Positions 28,902 through 37,338 of a DNA stretch of 64,000 nucleotides are shown here, one piece after another; position 1 is the first letter of the stretch, and every line of letters begins with the position of its first letter. Source of the DNA: Alphaproteobacteria bacterium (GTDB lineage Bacteria; Pseudomonadota; Alphaproteobacteria; SHVZ01); NCBI GenBank assembly GCA_044223515.1, contig JBGALV010000002.1:64015-128014 (forward strand). Reading direction: 5' to 3'. Below the pieces are notes generated by a model. It made no database searches. It saw only the letters and a list, made by a program, of their open reading frames with translations, and had not been told where the DNA came from. A program made the position numbers and the translations under genes.

Positions 28902-30203
28902 ATGGCGACGGATCTGGCGAAGGCGGCGAAGGAACGAGGGATCAAGTACTTCATGATCTCCTACACCGATCTCTTCGGGACCCAGCGGGCGAAGCTGGTG
29001 CCGGCCGCGGCGATCGGAGCGATGCAGAAGTCGGGCGCGGGATTCGCCGGGTTCGCCACCTGGCTCGACATGACACCGGCCGATCCCGATCTCTTCGCCG
29101 TTCCAGATCCCGACAGCCTGATCCAGCTCCCGTGGAAGCCGGAGGTCGGCTGGCTCGCCTCGGATCTCGTCATGGACGGAAAGTCCGTCGAGCAGGCCCC
29201 ACGCAATCTCCTGAAGCGCCTCGTCGCCGAAGCCGCCTCCAAAGGCTTCGAGATGAAAACAGGCGTCGAGTGCGAGTACTTCCTGATCACGCCGGACGGC
29301 ACCCAGATCTCCGATCCTGCCGACCATCAGGCCAAGCCCTGCTACGACCAGTCGGCGCTGACCCGGCGCTACGATGTCGTCACGGAAATCTGCGATGCGA
29401 TGCTGGCGCTGGGCTGGAAGCCCTATCAGAACGATCACGAGGACGGGAACGGCCAGTTCGAGATGAACTGGGAATACGACCATGCGCTCATCACCGCCGA
29501 CCGCCACGCCTTCTTCAAGTACATGGTCAGAACCATCGCGGAGAAGCACGGGCTCCGCGCCACCTTCATGCCGAAGCCGTTCATCAACCTGACCGGCAGC
29601 GGCTGCCACGCCCATGTGTCGCTGTGGAAAGGGAAGAAGAACCTGTTCGAGGATCCGAAGGGAGAGCTAGGCCTCTCCTCCCTTGCCTACCAGTTCCTCG
29701 GCGGCATCGTTCACAACGCCGAGGCGCTCTGCGCGCTGACCAATCCGACGGTGAACTCCTACAAGCGTATCAACGCGCCGGTGACGACATCGGGTGCAAC
29801 CTGGTCGCCGAATACGGTGACCTACGCCGGCAACAACCGCACCCACATGATCCGCATCCCGGAGCCGAACCGCTTCGAGTTCCGTCTGCCGGACGGTGCG
29901 GTCAATCCGTACCTGCTGCAAGCCTCGCTTCTAGCCGCCGGCCTCGACGGCATCGCCAACAAGCGCGATCCAGGCAAGCGCCTCGACATCAACATGTACA
30001 CCGAGGGGCATACGGTGAAGGGCGCCAAGCGCCTGCCGCTCAATCTGCTCGACGCGCTCCGCAACCTCGAGAAGTCGGCTGTGTTGAAGGCCGGTCTCGG
30101 CGAGGCCTTCATGAGTTCATATCTCAAGCTCCGCCATGCCGACTGGAACGACTACGCCCGCCACCTGACCGAGTGGGAGCGGCGGACGACGCTCGACTGC
30201 TGA
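28902..30203 (+). CDS. gmaS: glutamine synthetase family gamma-glutamyl-amide synthetase (gamma-glutamylmethylamide synthetase-like)
   Basis: 433 aa with GS catalytic motifs (..GVECEYFL..; ..NPTVNSYKRI..; ..RIPEPNRFEFR..). It lacks the adenylylation loop and sits directly after the mgsABC-like genes. Confidence 0.7.
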   Translation: MATDLAKAAKERGIKYFMISYTDLFGTQRAKLVPAAAIGAMQKSGAGFAGFATWLDMTPADPDLFAVPDPDSLIQLPWKPEVGWLASDLVMDGKSVEQAPRNLLKRLVAEAASKGFEMKTGVECEYFLITPDGTQISDPADHQAKPCYDQSALTRRYDVVTEICDAMLALGWKPYQNDHEDGNGQFEMNWEYDHALITADRHAFFKYMVRTIAEKHGLRATFMPKPFINLTGSGCHAHVSLWKGKKNLFEDPKGELGLSSLAYQFLGGIVHNAEALCALTNPTVNSYKRINAPVTTSGATWSPNTVTYAGNNRTHMIRIPEPNRFEFRLPDGAVNPYLLQASLLAAGLDGIANKRDPGKRLDINMYTEGHTVKGAKRLPLNLLDALRNLEKSAVLKAGLGEAFMSSYLKLRHADWNDYARHLTEWERRTTLDC

Positions 30204-30847
30204 TGGCAGCGCGCAAACCTATACCGAAGCGCGGCGACCTCGCGACCGGGTCGAGCGCGCCGAACTCCGCCGAGCGGCGCACGGTCGAGGAAGCGGTCGG
30301 CATCCGCGTCCGCGCATTACGCAAGCGCCTCGACATGACCGTCGCCGAACTCGCCGGCCAGGCCGGGCTTTCGGTCGGCATGCTGTCGAAGATCGAGAAC
30401 GGTGCGACCTCGCCGTCGCTGACGACGCTGCAGGCTCTGGCGGACGCCTGCAACGTGCCGATCTCCAGCCTGTTTGCCGAACTCGAGGAAGCCCGCGACT
30501 GCTCTTACGTCCCGCGCGGCCAGGGCGTCACCATCGACCGGCGTGGCACCAAGGCCGGGCACCAGTACCAGCTTCTCGGCCACTCGCTCCGCGGCGATGT
30601 CGTGGTCGAGCCCTACCTGATCACGCTGTCGAAGGAAGCCGAGCCCTACGCCAACTTCCGCCATGCCGGCGTCGAGGTCATCTACATGCTCTCAGGCGCC
30701 GTCGCGTATCGTCACGCCGACAAGGTGTACGACCTCGGCCCCGGCGACACCCTCTTCTTCGACGCCGGGGCGCCGCATGGTCCGTCGATCCTGACCAAGC
30801 TTCCCAGCCAGTACCTCTCGATCATCATCTACCCGCGCGACGCCTGA
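30203..30847 (+). CDS. XRE-family HTH plus cupin domain transcriptional regulator (PuuR-like)
   Basis: HTH LDMTVAELAGQAGLSVGMLSKIENG, then a cupin (..GDTLFFDAGAPHG..). The ATG overlaps the gmaS stop (TGATG). Confidence 0.75.
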   Translation: MAARKPIPKRGDLATGSSAPNSAERRTVEEAVGIRVRALRKRLDMTVAELAGQAGLSVGMLSKIENGATSPSLTTLQALADACNVPISSLFAELEEARDCSYVPRGQGVTIDRRGTKAGHQYQLLGHSLRGDVVVEPYLITLSKEAEPYANFRHAGVEVIYMLSGAVAYRHADKVYDLGPGDTLFFDAGAPHGPSILTKLPSQYLSIIIYPRDA

Positions 30848-31494
30848 GCTTCGGGCCACCCGAGAATCCCACTCGCCATCCGGGCCAACAGGATGACCAG
30901 GCCGATCGTGACCGCATGGACGCCCAGATCCATGAAGGTCACGTCGAACGGATGGAAGAACTGCAAAAGCACCGCCGCGATTGCAGCCACGCCGAGCCCG
31001 CCTGACACCGCGACCGGTGTCGGGTTCAGCGGCCGTGCCTTGGAAAGGACCAGGAGGAGTGCGGCACCGAGCGGCAGGCTGACGCCGAGCAGTAGGCGGA
31101 AACAGTCCGTGCTCTCGCCGAGCGTCCAGCCATCGGGGCCGAAAAGGATCCAGTGCTGCCAGCAGCTGTAACCGCTGGAGGCGATCCACAGGACCAGCGG
31201 CGGGATCGGCAGCCAAGCCCAGGACATCGACCGATCCGGCAGGCTGAGGTGGAAGGCGGCGACTATCGCCGCGATGCCGGTCAGCACGGTGCCGGCGAGT
31301 TCCAGGCGCAGCTTCGTTTCCTCGATGCGAGACATGAAGAGGGGCAGGTCGGCAAAGCTCGCAACCCCCAGCGCCGAGGCGAGGGCGACCACGCCCAGCC
31401 ACAAGCTTGCCCGCGTCGTCGGCGAGCGCAGACGCCTGACCGGGCGGCCGTCGGCAGCTAGATTCGCTATCAAGTCGTCGAGAGGCTCGGCCAT
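30829..31494 (-). CDS. nrsF: NrsF-family (DUF1109) membrane anti-sigma factor
   Basis: 221 aa with six TM segments and an N-terminal cytosolic region. It lies immediately downstream of, and coupled to, the ECF sigma gene, the same arrangement as Caulobacter sigF-nrsF. Confidence 0.75.
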   Translation of the reverse strand: MAEPLDDLIANLAADGRPVRRLRSPTTRASLWLGVVALASALGVASFADLPLFMSRIEETKLRLELAGTVLTGIAAIVAAFHLSLPDRSMSWAWLPIPPLVLWIASSGYSCWQHWILFGPDGWTLGESTDCFRLLLGVSLPLGAALLLVLSKARPLNPTPVAVSGGLGVAAIAAVLLQFFHPFDVTFMDLGVHAVTIGLVILLARMASGILGWPEAQASRG

Positions 31495-31495
31495 C

Positions 31496-32062
31496 CTATC
31501 CGCCCTTCAGCTTGGCCCGGAGCGCCTTGATCGCCCGGTGCACGTTGACCTTGAGACCCCCGACCGACTGGCCGCTCACCGCCGAGGCCTCCACCAGCGA
31601 CATCTCCTTCAGCTTCACCAGCTCCAGCGCCTCCCGCTGCCCGCGCGGAAGAGCCGCCAGCGCCGCAGCCAACTGGTCCGTCGCCTCGCGACCCTCCAGC
31701 TCCCTGTTCGCCAGGGGGTCGGCAAAGGTTTCATAAGAAGTGTCGTCCCGGATCTCCATCGTCTCGGTCCGGGTCCGGCGGCGGATCGCGTCGATCGAGC
31801 GGCGCCGAGCAACCGCCACCAGCCAGGGCATGAATGGCCGGCCAGGGTCGTAGGTGTGGCGGATGCGGTGGAGGGTCAGCAGCACGTCTTGGACGACGTC
31901 GTCGACCCGGTCCGCTCTTCGATGGTGATGGGCAACGACCGCACGCACCATCGGCACGATCTCCTTCAGCAGGCGCGCATAGTCCGCCTGATTGCCGTCC
32001 TGCGCCGAGGTCATCAGACCTACCCAACGCGGCTCGTCGCTCTGCCGCCCGCCTGCCGCCAT
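31496..32062 (-). CDS. sigF: ECF RNA polymerase sigma factor (SigF-type)
   Basis: Region 2 (DDVVQDVLLTLHRIRHTYDPGRPFMPWLVAVARRRSIDAIRR) and region 4 (LPRGQREALELVKLKEMSLVEASAVSGQSVGGLKVNVHRA) are present. Confidence 0.8.
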   Translation of the reverse strand: MAAGGRQSDEPRWVGLMTSAQDGNQADYARLLKEIVPMVRAVVAHHHRRADRVDDVVQDVLLTLHRIRHTYDPGRPFMPWLVAVARRRSIDAIRRRTRTETMEIRDDTSYETFADPLANRELEGREATDQLAAALAALPRGQREALELVKLKEMSLVEASAVSGQSVGGLKVNVHRAIKALRAKLKGG

Positions 32063-32106
32063 CCGCTCCTTCCCGGTTCACACACGCGTGACCACGATCG
32101 CCCTCT

Positions 32107-32131
32107 GTAACTTCCGCCGACATTCGGCGAA
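32107..32131 (+). promoter_or_regulatory. Candidate SigF-type ECF promoter (GTAACT-N15-CGAA) upstream of bufA
   Basis: tGTAACTtccgccgacattcggCGAAcc lies ~70 nt upstream of the bufA ATG. It matches the GTAACC-N16-CGAA pattern I recall for Caulobacter sigmaF-dependent promoters. That recollection is unverified. Confidence 0.4.
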
Positions 32132-32199
32132 CCGAAGGGCATGGGACGCCGGCAGGGGCCGACGCTTCCCCTCACCGAAGCATAAGAGGAGTTCGTAAC

Positions 32200-32481
32200 A
32201 TGCAGAAGCCTTCGCTCAAGACCGTCGCCGGCTCTACCCTTCTCGGCGCGCTCGCCGTCGCCGTCGTCTCGGTTGCCGCCGCCCAGGCGGCACCGGTCGC
32301 GCAGCCGATGGGATCGGAGAAGTGCTACGGCATCGCCAAGGCCGGCAAGAACGACTGCGCCGCCGCCGGCGCTCATTCCTGCGCCGGTCAGGCGACCAAA
32401 GACATGGACAAGGCCTCCTACGTCTACCTGCCGGCCGGCCTCTGCGCCAAGATCGCCGGCGGCAACATGGGGGCGATGTAA
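32200..32481 (+). CDS. bufA: DUF2282-family secreted Cys-containing precursor peptide (bufferin BufA1-like RiPP precursor)
   Basis: 93 aa with Sec signal peptide ...AAAQA, then a core with 4 Cys in conserved spacing (EKCYG, NDCAA, HSCAG, GLCAK). An AGGAG RBS is present. Confidence 0.75.
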   Translation: MQKPSLKTVAGSTLLGALAVAVVSVAAAQAAPVAQPMGSEKCYGIAKAGKNDCAAAGAHSCAGQATKDMDKASYVYLPAGLCAKIAGGNMGAM

Positions 32482-32518
32482 GTCCGTATCCGCGCCGCCT
32501 GCTCGGAAGCTCACCGGC

Positions 32519-33376
32519 ATGTCCACCGATCGCATCCCGGCGTCCGCCGGCATCGGCCTCCGCTTCCCGCATCATCGGGAAGTCGCGGCAGAGCCCGGAG
32601 GCATCGCCTGGGTCGAGGTCCATCCGGAGAACTACATGGCGGGCGGCGCGGTGCTCGACCTGCTCGTCTCAATCCGCCGGGATCTGCCCGTCTCGCTTCA
32701 TGGCGTCGGGCTCTCGCTGGGGAGCGCCGCCGGCCTCGACCGCGATCATCTCGCGGGCCTCAGGAAGATGATCGACCGGATCGAGCCGGGGCTCGTTTCC
32801 GATCACCTTTCCTGGAGCGTCGCCGGTGGCGTCTATCTGCCCGACCTCCTGCCGCTTCCCTATACCGAGGAAGCGCTCGCGGTCGTCGCGGCCAACATCG
32901 ATCGCGCGCAAGAGGCGCTGAAGCGGCCGCTGCTGATCGAGAACCCGTCGCGCTATCTCGACTTCAAGCATGCGACCCTGTCCGAGGCCGAATTCCTGAC
33001 CGCGCTGGTGGAGCGTACCGGCTGCCGCCTGCTCTACGATCTCAACAACCTGCTGGTGAGCGCGCGGAACCTCGATAAGGATCCGCTCGCGTCCCTGTTC
33101 TCGATCCCGCTCGACGCAGTCGCCGAAATCCACCTCGCCGGGCATGCACGCAAGCGGCTCGACGACGGCAGCGAGATCCGGATCGACGACCATGGATCGG
33201 CGGTGTCGCCGGAAGTCTGGGATCTCTACAGCCGCTTCATCCATCGCGCCGAAGCGGTTCCGACGCTGATCGAATGGGACACCGCGCTGCCCGCCTTGAC
33301 GGTGCTGTGTGCCGAAGCGGCCAAGGCCCAGAGGTTCCTGGACATCGCCTCGACCGGAGAGCGTCGTGTCGCCTGA
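32519..33376 (+). CDS. bufB: DUF692 / MNIO (multinuclear non-heme iron oxidase, MbnB-TglH family) peptide-modifying enzyme
   Basis: TIM-barrel xylose-isomerase-like DUF692 motifs (GIGLRFPH..EVHPENYM..VSDHLSW..HLAGH..IEWDT). Confidence 0.8.
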   Translation: MSTDRIPASAGIGLRFPHHREVAAEPGGIAWVEVHPENYMAGGAVLDLLVSIRRDLPVSLHGVGLSLGSAAGLDRDHLAGLRKMIDRIEPGLVSDHLSWSVAGGVYLPDLLPLPYTEEALAVVAANIDRAQEALKRPLLIENPSRYLDFKHATLSEAEFLTALVERTGCRLLYDLNNLLVSARNLDKDPLASLFSIPLDAVAEIHLAGHARKRLDDGSEIRIDDHGSAVSPEVWDLYSRFIHRAEAVPTLIEWDTALPALTVLCAEAAKAQRFLDIASTGERRVA

Positions 33377-34112
33377 TCTCGCGACGCTGCAAGCCGACAT
33401 CGTGCGCATGATCCTCGCCGATGGCCGGATGGTTCCTTCGTTCCTGGACGACGACGCCGGGCTTAGGCTCGCCGTCTATCGCAACACCGCGCTCAGCGGC
33501 CTCTGCGACGCGCTCAGGCTCAGCTATCCACTGATCGAAAAGGTCGTCGGCACACCGTTCTTCGACCAAACCGCGCTCGCCTTCGCACGCGTGAACCCGC
33601 CGGCGGATCCGGTACTCGCCCGCTACGGCGCCGGCTTTCCGGCCTTCCTGGAATCCCTGTCGAGCCTCGCCGCCCTTCCCTACCTGCCGGACCTCGCCCG
33701 GCTCGAGTGGGCCATCGACCAAGTAGGCTACGAACCAACGGTGGAAGATCGCGGCGTCACGCTCGAGGTCGAAGGGCGCATCGCGACCGTGACGCTTAGC
33801 CCCTCACTCCGCCTGCTCGCGACGGCCACGAGCGTCCTCCCGCTCTGGCGGGCGCTCGACGCCGGCGACGACGAAGGGCTCGGAGCCGTGGACTGGAACG
33901 CCGGCCCGCAATTCCTGGCCGTCCACTATGGCAAGGACGGCGTCCGGATCACGCCGCTCTCGGAATCGGCGTGGCGCCTCGCCGCCGCTCTCCTCGCCGG
34001 CGACGATCTCGACATGGCGACCGAAGCAGCCGAGGCCGCGATCGAGCTTCTCTCCACCCCTTTCATTCGCATCGCCATAGCCGATCCTGACGGATCGATG
34101 AGGATCTCATGA
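33366..34112 (+). CDS. bufC: DUF2063 family protein (MNIO partner, BufC/MbnC-like)
   Basis: Follows DUF692 with an overlap. Sequence VSPDLATLQADIVRMIL...; the DUF2063-after-DUF692 architecture is conserved. The start is probably the GTG at 33366. Confidence 0.65.
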   Translation: MSPDLATLQADIVRMILADGRMVPSFLDDDAGLRLAVYRNTALSGLCDALRLSYPLIEKVVGTPFFDQTALAFARVNPPADPVLARYGAGFPAFLESLSSLAALPYLPDLARLEWAIDQVGYEPTVEDRGVTLEVEGRIATVTLSPSLRLLATATSVLPLWRALDAGDDEGLGAVDWNAGPQFLAVHYGKDGVRITPLSESAWRLAAALLAGDDLDMATEAAEAAIELLSTPFIRIAIADPDGSMRIS

Positions 34113-34567
34113 GCACGCTTGCCGCCGCCGGGTCGAACAGCCTCGGCCGTTCCGTCCGTACCGTCATCTCGGCCCTGGACGGGCTTCCCTGGACCGTCCT
34201 CGCTTTGCCGATGCGCCTCGCCGGCTTCGCCGTATTCTGGCGCGCCGGCATGGTCAAGCTCGCCAGCTGGGAGAGCACAGTCCTGCTGTTCCGTGAGGAG
34301 TACCAAGTGCCGGTGCTGCCGCCGGAGCTGGCGGCTTATCTCGCCACATCCGTCGAGCTCGGCTGCGCGATCGCGCTTCTGCTCGGGCTTCTGACGCGGT
34401 TCTCGGCGCTGGCGCTGCTCGGCCTGACCTCCGTGATCCAGCTCTTCGTCTATCCGGAGGCCTGGCCGACCCACATCCAATGGCTCGCCTTCCTGCTGCC
34501 GCTCCTCGCCCGCGGCGCCGGCGACCTGTCTCTCGATCATCTGATCGCCCGCAGGCTTGCCCGCTGA
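34109..34567 (+). CDS. DoxX family membrane protein
   Basis: 152 aa with 4 TM helices and DoxX-like sequence (..FAVFWRAGMVKL...LLGLTSVIQLFVYPEAW). Coupled to bufC (ATGA). Confidence 0.75.
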   Translation: MSTLAAAGSNSLGRSVRTVISALDGLPWTVLALPMRLAGFAVFWRAGMVKLASWESTVLLFREEYQVPVLPPELAAYLATSVELGCAIALLLGLLTRFSALALLGLTSVIQLFVYPEAWPTHIQWLAFLLPLLARGAGDLSLDHLIARRLAR

Positions 34568-34597
34568 TCTAGGATCGCCTCCGACTAGGAGGCGTCC

Positions 34598-35476
34598 ATG
34601 TTCTTCGAGGGCTTCTCACTCGAGACGGTCGAGGCCAACGGCCAGAAGATCCGCTTGCGCCGCGGCGGCAGCGGACCACCGCTCCTGCTGCTCCACGGCA
34701 ACCCACAGACCCATGCCATGTGGCACAAGGTGGCGCCGGTACTGGCCAGGCGCTTCGCCGTCATCTGCCCGGACATCAGAGGCTACGGCTTCTCCTCTTC
34801 GCCGCCGCCCACGCCCGACAGCCGCCACTACGCCAAACGCGAGATGGCGAAGGATCTGGTCGCGTTGATGAAGCACTTCGGCTTCCCGCGCTTCGGCGTG
34901 GTCAGCCACGATCGCGGCGCACGCGTCGCCCATCGGCTCGCCATCGATCATCCGGACGCGGTGGAGAGGCTCTGCGTCATGGACATCGTGCCGACGATCG
35001 AGCACTTCGAGCGCACCGAGATGGCCTTCGCGCTCGGCTACTATCACTGGTTCTTCCTGGCGCAGCCGTACGACAAGCCCGAACGCATGATCCTTCGGGA
35101 CGTCGAGGACTGGTTCGACAGCCATACGACGCGTGAACCCAAGGACAAGGGCTTCTTCCATCCCGAGGCGCGTGCCGACTACGTCGCTGCTTTGCGCGAG
35201 CCTGGCACCGTCGCCTCGATCTGCGAGGACTATCGGGCGGCGACGGGCATCGACCTCGTCCATGACCGAGGGAGCCGATCGGCCGGGCAACGCATCCACT
35301 GCCCTCTTCTCGTACTTTGGGGCGCCAAGGGCAAGATCGGCCAGTGGTACCAGCCGATCGAGCTGTGGCGGCGATATGCGGATGGACCAGTAACCGGCGG
35401 GCCGGTCGCCAGCGGCCACTACCTTGCCGAGGAAGCGCCGGACGAGACGATCGCCCGGCTCGACGCCTTCCTGTGA
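34598..35476 (+). CDS. alpha/beta-hydrolase haloacetate (fluoroacetate) dehalogenase-like protein
   Basis: Close in motif order to characterised fluoroacetate dehalogenases. It has LLLHGNPQTHAMW, nucleophile elbow VVSHDRGARVAHR (Asp nucleophile), YYHWFF and a C-terminal HY dyad. Confidence 0.7.
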   Translation: MFFEGFSLETVEANGQKIRLRRGGSGPPLLLLHGNPQTHAMWHKVAPVLARRFAVICPDIRGYGFSSSPPPTPDSRHYAKREMAKDLVALMKHFGFPRFGVVSHDRGARVAHRLAIDHPDAVERLCVMDIVPTIEHFERTEMAFALGYYHWFFLAQPYDKPERMILRDVEDWFDSHTTREPKDKGFFHPEARADYVAALREPGTVASICEDYRAATGIDLVHDRGSRSAGQRIHCPLLVLWGAKGKIGQWYQPIELWRRYADGPVTGGPVASGHYLAEEAPDETIARLDAFL

Positions 35477-35497
35477 GGAAAGCGTCGAGCGCGAAGG

Positions 35498-37183
35498 CTA
35501 GTAGGTGTACCGCTGGATCGAGATCTGCCGGCCGCTCGGCAGCGTGATCGTGCCGGTGGTCGTCGAACTGAAGGTCATCGTCGTCGTGCCCCGGTTCGCG
35601 GTCGCGCTCGCGTTGCCCGACGATCCGGTCAGCGTCGGGCCGTTGCCGAACTCGAACAGGTCGCCCGACCAAGTCGAGGTCGAGCTCGACTGTCGCACCA
35701 GGTTGCCGGTTCCGACGTACCAGTTGGCCTGACCGCTGGCGCCGGTACTGCCATAGGCGTAGCCGACGGTGAAGAAATTAGAGGTCGTGGTCCCTCCGCT
35801 CGTCGTCGTGTTCTGGCTTTCGATCAGCCAGCCGGTGCCACTGTAGTCGGGCGACCACCACCAGCCCGTCTCCGGTGCCCAGCTCTGGGTCGAGCCGACG
35901 GTCGAACCGGTGAGCGGGTAGCGGACGAGGGCGTAGCTGGTCGAGCTGCCGCTGGTCGGCGTGATCGTGACGGTCGCCGCAGTCGACGAAGAGAAGGTCA
36001 CCGAGAAGGTGCCCGGCGAGGTCGTACTGGTCGGCGACGTGTTCGCGACACCGATGTTCGCCAAGGTGGTGCCGTTGGAAAACTGCTCGAGCGCGCCGGT
36101 GCAGGTGGTCGACCCCAGCATGCACGGGATCACGTACCAGACGTCGTCGCCGCCAGCGCCGTAGGTGTAGATGCCGATGAAAAGCTTCGAGGCGTTGGTC
36201 TCGATCGCGTAGCCGCGGCCCGAGGACGTGGTCGTGTACCAGAGCCCGTTCGCGGGCGTCGTCAGCGCGTAGGTGTTGCGCCCGGTAACCGATCGCGAGC
36301 CGCGGAAGCAGCCAACCGTGTACGGAAACTCTCGGTTGCCGTGATAGTGGTAGATATCCTTCACCTGCCCGTCGGCCTGGGTCACGCTGTGCTGGTGGCC
36401 ATGGCATTCGTCGAGCTCGGCATTGGTGATCGTCGAGCCGCTCGTACCCTTCGGCCCATAGATGCCGTAGCCGTCGAGCGCCCATCCCACCTGAACCGAA
36501 TGACCGGAGGTCGAGTCGGTAAAGCAGTTGGTCAGGTGGTGATAGTGGTAGGTACCGGTCGTCTCGGGGTGACCTTCGCACAGGTCCTGGATCTCGTTGG
36601 CGACGGCGTCGCGCCCATCCGCATCGAGCGCATCGAAAAGCATGCCGCCCGTGAACAGGTAGCCCACCTCGCCCGAGACGCAGGTCGGGGTCGACGAATA
36701 GACCGGATCGGACGGCAACTCGGCATAGCGCCGGCTGACCGCCATCGACGACGGGTTGGGGTGGTATTGAGCCTGCCCCGCCTCGCTCGAGGAAGAGACC
36801 GGGAAGGTGCCGGTGTAGTGGTTCGGCAGGCCGTTGCCGCCGAGATAGCGGATGCTGCCGCTGGTCACCTCGCGCGTCTGCGAGGTCCAGGCGTTCGAGC
36901 CCTCGACGATCGGCTTGCCCGAGAACGAGATGACGTTCGAGGAGCTGACCCAGGAGAAGCCGTAGCCGGACGTGCCGGAGGTGAAGCGGCAATGATAAAT
37001 GGTGTTTCGCGCTGCGGACCGCATCGAGACACCGTCGACCGCCGCCGTGCCGGTCGCTCCCTGCGCCTTGAATGTCGTGTAGGAGGTCACCGCCGGCGTG
37101 GCGATATCGGCCGCCGAGGCAATGCCCGATCCGGCGAGCAAAAGCCCAACAACCGCTCCGAGAGCGGACAGGCACGACTTCAT
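35498..37183 (-). CDS. secreted YHYH-motif protein with Thr/Ser/Gly-rich C-terminal region
   Basis: Signal peptide MKSCLSALGAVVGLLLAGSGIASA. Repeated YHYH motifs (GTYHYHHLTNC, DIYHYHGN). The C-terminal ~250 aa are ~40% Thr/Ser/Gly. A GGGGAG RBS is present. The longer 615-aa ORF start is unlikely. Confidence 0.6.
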   Translation of the reverse strand: MKSCLSALGAVVGLLLAGSGIASAADIATPAVTSYTTFKAQGATGTAAVDGVSMRSAARNTIYHCRFTSGTSGYGFSWVSSSNVISFSGKPIVEGSNAWTSQTREVTSGSIRYLGGNGLPNHYTGTFPVSSSSEAGQAQYHPNPSSMAVSRRYAELPSDPVYSSTPTCVSGEVGYLFTGGMLFDALDADGRDAVANEIQDLCEGHPETTGTYHYHHLTNCFTDSTSGHSVQVGWALDGYGIYGPKGTSGSTITNAELDECHGHQHSVTQADGQVKDIYHYHGNREFPYTVGCFRGSRSVTGRNTYALTTPANGLWYTTTSSGRGYAIETNASKLFIGIYTYGAGGDDVWYVIPCMLGSTTCTGALEQFSNGTTLANIGVANTSPTSTTSPGTFSVTFSSSTAATVTITPTSGSSTSYALVRYPLTGSTVGSTQSWAPETGWWWSPDYSGTGWLIESQNTTTSGGTTTSNFFTVGYAYGSTGASGQANWYVGTGNLVRQSSSTSTWSGDLFEFGNGPTLTGSSGNASATANRGTTTMTFSSTTTGTITLPSGRQISIQRYTY

Positions 37184-37338
37184 CGTCTCGACTCCCCAGT
37201 CAACCACCCCGTCCCAAGATAAAGGTTGAGTAAGCGCTAAGCCAAGTGTGCTTTGGAGCCCGGTATCGCTTGCCGCCGCACGTCTCCGCATGGACAATCG
37301 CGGTGCCGCAGTGCCTTCACGTCTCAGGATAATTCGCC

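Noticed and set aside
35778-37175. 465-aa alternative-frame ORF inside the YHYH protein gene
   Set aside because: It is a same-strand alternative frame with an Arg/Leu-rich translation. The frame carrying the signal peptide and YHYH motifs is the coherent one.
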